DNA of 32,934 nucleotides from Jimgerdemannia flammicorona (Eukaryota): NCBI GenBank assembly GCA_003990765.1, contig RBNJ01000328.1, positions 1 to 32,934 of the forward strand, read 5' to 3'. Shown piece by piece: positions 24,401 to 32,934 of this stretch (position 1 is its first letter; each line of letters starts with the position of its first letter). The notes under the pieces were generated by a model. It saw only the letters and a program-made list of their open reading frames with translations, ran no database searches and was not told where the DNA came from. The position numbers and the translations under genes were made by a program.

Positions 24401-24405
24401 AAAAA

Positions 24406-24442
<37 letters not shown>
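24333..24442. repeat. Poly(A) tract, ~110 bp, intronic
   Basis: Direct reading; the paralogous site at 21665-21672 has only A8. Confidence 0.95.
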
Positions 24443-24444
<2 letters not shown>

Positions 24445-25476
24445 ATACGTCTTGGAGCTTGCTCTTCTGTTCAACAACCATCAACTTACCCACTAAATCG
24501 AGGCGCTCCGAATTTGCTTTCCAGAAATCTTGAGTGGTCTTGGCCCTTTTATGCTTCTAGAAATGAAGAAAAATGTGAAAATTCAGCATGAAGTATAAAA
24601 CGTTCTCTACAATGCTCTAACATTGCCTTATTACAGCCTGAGACAACCCCGGAAAAACACGCAGTGGTTCCCAGTACAAGCGCGCAGAATTGTACGGTAT
24701 TCCGTTTAGACATTTACACTTCATGCCCTAACACACCAATTGGTGTGCACGCCAACAAACACGCGGTGGTTCCCATGCTGGCACGCAGACAGTAAAGCCG
24801 GCACGCAGGCGGCCATGGTAGATGGCGATGACACTCTGTGGCTTAGGTTGTCTTCAGACATACAAAAAAAAGTATACTTTCCTTGAATGTCGTTTTCATA
24901 TTAGAAAGCATCCGACCTTGTTCTGAACGTGCGGCAAAGAACTCCATCAGGATATCTAGTTCTTTGTTATATTGGTGGTATTCAGCTCGTTCGTTTTCCA
25001 AATTCCCAGAGGCCAGCCGGAAGTAGAGAAACTTTGCAACGAATGATTGTTGTTTTTCTGCCAGAAATCTATATTGCAACAAAACAGGCGGGTCTGTTAA
25101 ACACGCAGAAATGTGGTAGCCAAGAAAGAGGGGAAAAAAAAAGTTACCTGGGAACCGCAGGGCGGCAACACATTCAGGAGAGAGTTCCATGCTGAAACGA
25201 TTCAGGTGTAGAAGAAAAAAACGCGCACGCGCACCTTTCGCGTATTTTATAACAATGACAAATTCTGGGCCATTTTCATTGGCCGCCTTGCACATGACGT
25301 ATCGGTGAATTTGCTAAATGCGTCTCCTTTATAAAGACTTCAAACTATAATTATTTATACCGATTTTCCTAACTATTGTTCGGGACCCGCGTATACCTAT
25401 GCTGGCTATATTGAAATGGTGGTCTCGTCCTGCATTATGCACTGAATTCCCTCGAAACAGGCACGTGCCCTCACAC

Positions 25477-25586
25477 AAAGGAATGGACCGATACTCTTAA
25501 GCTCGGTCTGGAGCTCCATGACATAAGGTACAAGGTGCAGAATGTCAGTGCTGCTACGGACTTGGCCGTTTGGGGTTCACAGTATC
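25477..25586 (+). pseudogene. Inverted fragment of the nuclease-like exon (KEWTDTLKLGLEL...WG)
   Basis: CAAAGGAATGGACCGATACTCTTAAGCTCGGTCTGGAGCT... is the diverged reverse complement of ~22972-23092. Confidence 0.85.
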
Positions 25587-26029
25587 TTATTATCATAATC
25601 TCTATGATATTTTCTTTTTCAAATTAGAGTGAAGACGAGGGAAAGTTCAGGAAAAAATATTAAGGGAAGTAAGTGACGAGGGTAAGAGTTATCTGTAAAT
25701 TTGAACATACATTTTTAGTTAAAGATAAATAATATTATATATTATATTTAATGGCTTCGCCGAAGATGATGAAGGTGACTATCATGAATCGAATCTAATA
25801 AATCTGGACGAAGGAGATAAGAACCTTAAACTAAAGTCTTAAACTAAAGTTAGGTAACGATTTACTTGAGATCCTAAGGTATCCGAAATGATGAGTAAGT
25901 GTCGGTTTTATTACTGTTTGGAGTGACACTTTACTGTTCTTGTGTCTGTCCATATGTGTGATGTTACTTTACAGCAGCTTAATACCTTCTCAATATGATG
26001 AATTGGCCACTGAGGACAACATTGACATA

Positions 26030-26673
26030 ATACCCCTAATTGATTTTGATATTGGGGAGGGAGTTGAGTGCCAGAGAGGGTTAGGACAGAATTTATGGTC
26101 CAGTGGATGGCAGTTGATGGGTATTGGTGAGGAGTGGGACTAGAATGGGTTTGGGTCTGGAGTGCTGAGGTGAGGCAGTAGCTGCCACCAAAGTACTGGG
26201 TGATCTGGTGGTACATACTGTAGAGGAATGTCATGCTTAACTTTCACTTGAGTCACCTTGTAGGGGGGGAAGCTTTGACTGTGAGGAGTGCTACAATGTA
26301 GAACAAGAAGGGGGATTTGTGCAGATGCCTGAATATTGGCTAGGGGAGTGTAAGATACTTAGTGAATTTTGGCTAGCAGTTAGAGATAGATTGGATATTA
26401 TATATAGAAGAGATAGTGAGAGGGATCAGTGAGAGGATTTGCAGGATAGATTGATGGGGAAGATGGAAAAGGAGTGGCTGACTATGGGTTGAATATTGGC
26501 AGTTTGGGTGGGATTAGTGAGTCATTAGTTATTTGTTTTTAAAGAAAGAAGATATCTGAGTATAGAAGTATGGCTATTGAGATAGGAAGAGTTGATAGAG
26601 GATATTCTGATAGACTGGTGGTTAGATTGAGATCTATAAGATAGTTAGCAGCATCAATTGATAGAGAAAATCT
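26030..26673 (+). mobile_element. Old, heavily mutated 3' fragment of the LINE ORF2 (copy A)
   Basis: Translates as PLIDFDIGEGVECQRGLGQNLWSSGWQ..LPPKYWVIWW..FDCEECYN..EYWLGEC..LAVWVGL, collinear with ~32225-32871. Many TAG/TGA stops at Trp positions. Confidence 0.9.
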
Positions 26674-26778
26674 CGGCTTTCTCCACTACAATTCATGTTA
26701 CACACACTTTACAACACACTTTCAAGTCGTTTATTGGAGAAAGTTATTAAGGAAATATCGACTAGTAAGCAAGCTGAC

Positions 26779-28547
26779 ATGTGTACCAGGTCTGGCAGAC
26801 CTGGGGCCTTTGACTGGCAGTATGTCAGGAGAGGGTATGGGCTGGGGATAGGGTCTTTTGGTGGCTCAGGTGGGCAGGACAGCTTGGGGAGTGAAAGTGG
26901 CACTGGTGGGGGGGCTGGAAGGTAGCAAGGAAGGAGCTTTGCAGATATGCTGAGGGCTGGGAGTTGGCCAGCAGATTCCTGCGGTGGTCGGGCAGGAGGG
27001 AAGAGGAAGCAGAAGGATGGTGCTACTGTGGGAGCTAGGCCTTCACCTAGGGGAGGTGGTGGAGGTGGAGCTGCTGCTGGGGGTGGTGGCGGGACTGCTG
27101 ATAGTAGTGTAATGGCAAATCAGGAGAAAAAAAGAGATATGACAGCTGATGGCCAGGAGAGGCAGGGGTTCCCAATACAGAAGGGGGATCTGGCAGATGG
27201 TATAATGGGGCTGGCGGTGGCCCTGTTGCTCAAGAAGTCAATTTCAGAGTTCGCAGTCACCTTGTGCTTCTGGGGCTTGGCAGTGATGGCAAGAATGGTT
27301 CTGGGGCTGATTTCGAAGCAGGTGGTGGGGGCAGTCTCGGTGAAGTTCTTGAAGGGCCTGGAGGGAGTTGAGGTGGACTTTGAGGAAGCAGGCCCACTGG
27401 ATGAGGCCCTGAAGACTGGCGTCATGGTTGGCGAGGTAGTGGTCCCTATGGTGCGGTGCTTGAGGTGGGACCCCAGGGTGGTGCAGCTTCTAGTGAGGGG
27501 GGTGCCCATGGTGACTAAGGAGGAAACTAGGAAGAGGGTAGAGGAGGTGATGGTCGAGTACGGTGATGTGGTGGACATAGGCTTTCAGGTGTGGGAGGGG
27601 ACTATAATCAGGATAGGTGATGTCGATATCAGAATTCGGCTAGCAGACAAGGAGGCCACAGGGAAGACGGGCAACTGGCCTTCAGTGCTGATGTGGGGGG
27701 CTGTTATCTGCAAGGTGTCAAGGGTGAAAGGGAGTGAAGAGGAGGAGGAGGACTTGTTAGAGGTACTGGAGGAGTTGGGTGGTACTGTGGAGAGGAGGGC
27801 AAAGGCCTGGAAACTGTATGAGGAGTCGACGCATCTGGAGGTTGTGGGCGGGAAGTGTATCTATATGGACAGGAAGCAGTGGGAGCAGGCCCAGAGATGC
27901 CAGAGGTAGAGGGAGCTGTTGGCCAGTATGACAGGAGGGGTGGAGAAGAAGTCAGTTGGAGCTAGGGAGTCTGGAGGTATGAAGGCCAGTGTCTGGGCGA
28001 GTAACGGAGGAAAGGAGGGGGAGGCGAAGGAGGCAGAGGCTGGGAAGATGCTGGACAAGGACCCATTTGCTGAGGTATTGGGGGATTTTTGGCAGACAAT
28101 TGGGAATTGCTTAGGGGTACGGGGTAGGAGTGATGAAGCACAGGGACGATGGGAGGACTTGAGGGTTAGACTGGTAAGGGGGATAGGGAAGGAGTGGCTT
28201 ACTCTGGGTTGGGCATTGGCAATTTGGGTGGGGTTGGCCAGTCATTGGCTATTTGTTTTTGAGGATGGGAGGAGGCAGAGCTTGGGGGACCAGCTGCTGC
28301 GATGGCATAGGCTTATGGAAGATACCTTAACAGGCTGGTGGCTGGGTTAGGGGATGCGGGGTGGTTGGAGGCGCCGCTTGGTAGAGAAAATCTGTGGGCA
28401 AAGTGGGGGGAGAGTGGGGGTAGTTGGTGAAAGGGTGATTTTCGTTCGTGAGGAAGTAGGGAGGGCCCCCCCAGTGGGGATTAGATAGTGGGTCGGAATG
28501 ATGTATATTTATTCATAGACTGGTAATAAAGGCAGAGTCCAAGTAAC

Positions 28548-28582
<35 letters not shown>

Positions 28583-29235
28583 ACCCATTTGCTGATGGAA
28601 CCCTCGAAGTGTGGGAGCTGAAGTTGGATGCCACCTCCCCCCTACTTATCTGGTGGGGCCCAGTGGGGAAGAGAGGGATGATAGAGGATACACAGATGCA
28701 GGGAGCCCAGCAGGTGTACTTTGGGGTCCCTGATGTGATGCAAGGGGATCAGATAGTGGCAGTTGGTGAGGAGGAGCTGGTAGATGTCCCTGAGGAGGAG
28801 TGGGATGAGACTGCCAGTATAGGAGCAGATACCACGATATTGGATATGGGGTGGCCAGGGACTCCAGGAGGGAAAGAAGTGGGAAACCTGTTGTGGATGC
28901 ACAAGGTGATGGATAATCTTGCAGTGGAGGCTTTGGGGGAAGTGGACCTGCGGGCGATGCCTGAGGAGCATTGGGTATGAATTCTGCGCAATAATGGAAT
29001 GGTGGAGGCACTGAAGGTGGAAATTCTGGCAATTTTCCTGGAGGAGGAGGGATATGAGGTTGATGAGATGAGGAGGACAGAGTTGGGGGTAGTTGCTGGT
29101 GAACAGACAATATACTGTTGGACAGAGCGGCATGGTCTGAGGCTCTGGCAGGAGGCCTGTCTAGAGTATCGGGAGGACTTTGAGGAGCGTGAAGATGGGG
29201 CAATAGTAGAACTTCTTGGAGAATTGGCAGCATGA
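26779..29235 (+). pseudogene. LINE ORF1 (gag-like), interrupted by copy C and in-frame stops
   Basis: ORFs 26779-26925, 26947-27909, 27919-28073, 28596-28980 and 28999-29235 join in one frame once the insert and one TSD are removed (..DKDPFADGTLEVW..). Contains SFADML and an RRM-like LLVRGVP..VMVEYGDVVDI segment. Confidence 0.75.
28074..28580 (+). mobile_element. 5'-truncated LINE 3' end (copy C) with poly(A) tail and 15-17-bp TSD
   Basis: TSD GGACCCATTTGCTGA at 28059-28073 and 28581-28595; AATAAA at 28525-28530; A30 at 28551-28580. Encodes VLGDFWQTIG..GRWEDLRVRLV..LAIWVGLASHWLFVFE, homologous to ~32552-32750. Confidence 0.95.
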
Positions 29236-29341
29236 GAAGCTGGGGAGAGGGAACTAGCTACTGAATATGACTTGGACTTGGTGCAGGAGAAGTAGAATGT
29301 GGACTTGTAGAGGATGGGACTATGATATATCAGTATTCTTA

Positions 29342-32300
29342 ATGAACAGTATAACCAATATTTTCTCCTTGAATGTGAATGGGTTAAGGGGCTCTGGGTG
29401 GCATAAGAACATTTTTACTTGGCTCAAGGGATTGGAGGCTGATCTCTTTTTACTATAGGATATTTGGTATGAGGATGAGGATGAGTGGGTAGAGTGGACT
29501 AAAGAATGGGGTGGGGCTGCTGCTTGGTTTAGAAAGGTAGCGATTCTGGTAAGGAGAGACAGAGGAGACTTGGGGGGTATCAGGAGCTGGGGCGATTGCT
29601 TGGTCTGGGGAGATTGGTATCAGCCAGGGTGGGAATCAGTGAGGGTGGGCTCTTGCTACTACTCTGCCATTAGGGGTGAGAGGACTATGTGGATTAGGGG
29701 GCTACTAGAGGAGGGCATTCTCTTGGAGGAAGGGGTTGATGTTCTTGGTGGGGATTTCAATATGGTTCGGGATCAGCATCTGGACAGAACTGATGGAGGG
29801 AGGAGTGCCAGGGGTAGAAGTGGAGGTCTGGATGTATGGGAGGAGGTAGAGATATTGAGCTCCTTGAGAGATATGGGCAGAACAAGGTGGGGTGATGACA
29901 GGGTCTACACACATTGGGTGAATGGCTTGGGCACAAGAATTGACTGGATTCTGATGGCAGATCAGATGTTTGGAAGACATTGGGAGTGGAGTGGTGCCCA
30001 TGGTCTGATCACTGGGGACTGTTGGGGCAGGGGCAGTTTGGGGGGAGTGGAGATGGACCCAGATATTGGCACCTTAACTCCTCCCTGCTGGCTGAGAAGG
30101 GGTTGTGGGAACAGTGGATGGAGAACATTCAGGCAAAAGTTTTGATTTGGTGGTGTGAAGGTCTGCCTGTGGCTGTCCGCTGGATGAGATTGAAGGAGGC
30201 TGCGAGGGTTTATTGGGGAGGGGCTGGTAGTGAGGCTGGGAGGCAGAGGAGGAGGCACATGAGGTGTGCTACCAGCAGGCTGAGGAGACTACAAATGGAG
30301 TGGGCAGATTTGCTCACTATTGTTGGGGTGGAGGATTGGAGGATAGAGAGGGAGAAATTGGAGATAGTGGAACTACAACAGGTGTTGAGAGAAGAGGAGG
30401 AGACTCATATGCAGGGGATGGCTGCCAGGCTACGATGGCAGGGGCTTGAGGAGGGGGAGCGGCCTACTAGATACCTTTCCAGACTTCTCCAAGCTAGGAG
30501 GGTGTGACATTAGTGGGATGGGGTCCTGGATGATGGTGGAGACATAGTACATGGCACACAACAAATCTTAGGGGTTCTGAAGGAGAGATGGTGGGGTTTG
30601 TGGAGTGAGGGAGAAGAGGCAGAGATTGCTGATACACTAGAAGAGTGGGAGCCACCACAGGTAGCTGGTCTGGGAGACTTGATCTTATCAGTGCAGAGAG
30701 AGAAGATCAAGAGCATCCTGGCTGTAACTAAACTTGAGACAGCACCTGGGGAGGATGGATTGCCATGGGACTTCTGGAAGAAGATAGTAAATGTCTCTGG
30801 CATTTTGGGTGAGATGGCTGCTCTCTGTGACTATGTCCTTCAGAGTGGTGAGTGGGTTGGAGAGCAGGATCTTGGGCTGGTGGCCTTATTGTACAAAGAT
30901 AAGGGGAGGAGGGAAGACTGGAAGAACTGGAGGCCGATCATGCTTCTGGATATGGACAGGAAGATGGTGACTAAGGTGATTGTCGCAAGGCTGCAGAAAG
31001 TTGCCCAACAGGTGCTGGGAGAGGAGTAGTGGGACTTTGTTGGGGGCAGACTTATTAGAGATGGGACTGCATGGGTTCATGGTGTTATTGAAGGGGCCCG
31101 GGCCTGTGGACTGGATGGAAGGTTGGTCTTTTTGGATCAGGAGAAGGCCTACGACCATGTATGAAGGGTGTGGCTGGGCAAGGTTTTGGACTGAATTGGT
31201 GTGCCCACAAGATTTAGGGCCTTTATATTGAGTCTGCTGGAGAGTAGTCAGGCAGCTCTGATATATAATGGTCACCATAGGAGGGCATTTCCCTTGGGTA
31301 GAGGAGTACCTCAGAGGGACCCTCTGTCCCCAATTCTCTATGCCCTTTCACTGGAGCCTTTGATGGATAGAATTTGCCAGAAGATAGCAGGGCTCTCTAT
31401 ATATGGTATAGTGTGGAAGGTGGGGGCCTTTGCTGATGATATGGTGGTTGGACTTGGGTCTGTGGCAGATATAAAGGCACTTCAGGAGACTGCGGAATGG
31501 TATGAGGCTCACTCAGGGGTGAAACTCAACTGGCATAAGTGTGAGACAATGGTGCTAGGGAATAGGCTAGTGGATGGGGATGTCATTGGAACAATTGTCC
31601 CTACTGGTGAGGTGGTGCAGTATCTGGGCATCTTCCTCTCTGTATATGGTTCTGTCTTACCATGCATGTAGTGGGAGGGCAGGGTGCATAGTTGGGGGGA
31701 GGCTCTTCGAGGATGGGGAGGCCGCCATATCTCTCTAGCAGGGCAGGTGTTGATCCTGAATATATATTGGTTCCCAAAGCTGTAGTATGTGGCATATCAC
31801 CTCGACTTCCCAGCATGGGTGATGAAGAAGTTGATGAAGGTAGCTAGAGATTGGATTTGGGCAGAGAGGAGGTCCCAGATCAGTTGGGATACTCTTGTGA
31901 GACCGGTAGTTAGAGGAGATCTTGGCCTGGTGGATTTCTCCAAGAGGCTGCACTGCTTGAGAGCCTGGTGGTTGAAGAGAGCTGGGGAATTGCAGGGCAG
32001 AGGTTGGGTGCCTCTGCTGCAGAAGGTATGAGAGATGCGGACATCCCCTTGAGGGTTCTCTGGGGATCTGCTCTCTTTGGTGGGGCTGAATGGAGTTCGG
32101 AGGCTGTAGTTCAAGGGTTTTTGGTGGGGTGTGGCCGATGGGGCACACTGAGTTGGCCTGTGCTGGCAAGGTAATGAGGGGGAGGTGGCATGGGGGCCTA
32201 ATATGTGGAGGTGGTCCTGGGGGGTACTCCTCTGGCTGCGTTTGATATTGGGGAGAGAGTGAAGTGTCAGCAGGGGCTTGGCCAGGACCTTTGGCCAAGT

Positions 32301-32934
32301 GGCTGGCAGGCAGTTGGAATCAGCAAGGAGTGGGACTGGGCAGGCATCTGGTCTTGGAGTGCTGAGATACAGAGGTGGCTTCCTTCCAAGTTCTGGGTGG
32401 TATGGTGGAGAATATTGTGGAGGAATGTCATGCTGAATTTCTGCTCAGGGCATTTAGTAGAGGGTGGACAATTTGACTGTGAGGAGTATTACAATTTTGG
32501 GCAAGCTGGGGGTTATGTACAGATGCTGGAACATTGGCTGGGAGAGTGTGAGGTTTTGGGGGACTTTTGGACTGAGATAGGAGATAGACTGGGTGTGGGG
32601 CATCGGCTGGTGGGGGAGGGGGGTCGCTGGGAGGACTTAAGGTCTCGGCTTGTGGGTGGGGTTGGGGATAGTTGGCTCACTGTAGGATGGGTGTTAGCAG
32701 TATGGGTGGGACTGGCAGGACATTGGCTTTTTGTATTTGAGGAGGGGCAGTAGTTAGGGCTATATGTGAAGATGTTGAGATGAGAGGAGCTGGTGGGGGA
32801 TCTGCTGACTGGATGGTGGGTGGGTTGGGGTCCTCAGGGGGGACAACATCGCAGTTTGGTAATGAAGATCTGTGAGCAGAGTGGTGGGAGGCTGGGGATA
32901 GTGTTTGACAAGGTGGTCTTTCACAGGATAGGGG
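29342..32934 (+). pseudogene. LINE ORF2: AP endonuclease + reverse transcriptase + zf-RVT-like C-terminus, disrupted
   Basis: Endonuclease: IFSLNVNGLR, LFLL*D, LGGDFN, YTH, TRIDWIL, WSDH. RT: APGEDGLPWDFW, NWRPIMLL, FLDQEKAYDHV, GVPQRDPLSPILY, AFADD, SGVKLNWHKC, YLGI. C-terminal C..(C)..HWLGEC. Confidence 0.95.

Larger units (their letters stand above)
22478..25190 (-). pseudogene. Decayed multi-exon gene with a C-terminal PD-(D/E)XK restriction-endonuclease-like domain
   Basis: Exon chain read by hand: MELSPECVAALRFP / YRFLAEKQQSF..EYHQYNKELDIL / QDFWKANSERLDL / AQGLLNF..EQRLHK / PLYYFLVDHSG / SKHPG..RRV* (stop ~23571) / ISEMEHTSRNVMPLLDAT / GEQTLDTTADRR..RIGYKVDIII..GCGEVAGG..KEWTDTLKLGLELRD..LIIWGFTVIG / RKLRIYAL..IALPSSL. 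Disrupted by a stop and an A-rich block at the last acceptor. Confidence 0.7.
26674..32934 (+). mobile_element. Near full-length L1/Tx1-like non-LTR retrotransposon (copy B), inactivated, runs off the window end
   Basis: Short 5' UTR, ORF1, then ORF2 with AP endonuclease, reverse transcriptase and degenerate zinc knuckle. No LTRs; multiple stops and frameshifts. The 5' boundary is inferred from where copy A homology stops. Confidence 0.93.

Noticed and set aside
24654..24776. AAACACGCRGTGGTTCCCA repeated twice as possible element termini
   Set aside because: Internal to the decayed gene with no TSD or element structure; likely a local duplication.
26923..32753. Stop-codon reassignment or programmed readthrough explaining in-frame TAG/TGA
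   Set aside because: Frameshifts co-occur, host genes use all three stops normally, and the stops fit transition mutations.
26674..32934. LTR retrotransposon, suggested by repeated blocks at 26.0-26.7 kb and 32.2-32.9 kb
   Set aside because: The repeats are diverged ORF2 coding ends. AP endonuclease, LINE-type RT and a poly(A) tail are present; no integrase or protease.

Overview
Eukaryotic, intron-rich fungal DNA. Gene content and style suggest an early-diverging fungus, possibly Mucoromycota; this is an inference. Bases 1-20.8 kb hold eight compact, mostly spliced genes: prenylcysteine oxidase (-), an orphan membrane protein (+), a TMX-type thioredoxin membrane protein (-), a Whi5/Nrm1-motif protein (-), LIN1/CD2BP2 GYF protein (+), an SPX-VTC polyphosphate polymerase subunit (-), DEAD-box helicase SPB4/DDX55 (+) and FAM192A/Fyv6 (-). 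Bases 21.4-25.6 kb hold a decayed spliced gene with a C-terminal PD-(D/E)XK-like nuclease signature, plus one direct and one inverted partial duplicate of it. From 26.0 kb to the end lie three copies of one L1/Tx1-like LINE family. A short 3' copy with a perfect target-site duplication sits inside a near full-length copy, which itself appears to interrupt an older copy. The copies carry many C>T/G>A changes, some in non-CpG context. No rRNA, tRNA or CRISPR is supportable. I see no clear evidence of a novel multi-gene system. The most unusual items are the self-nesting LINE, its RIP-like decay and the nuclease-like gene family. Exon coordinates were read by hand and may be off by a few bases.
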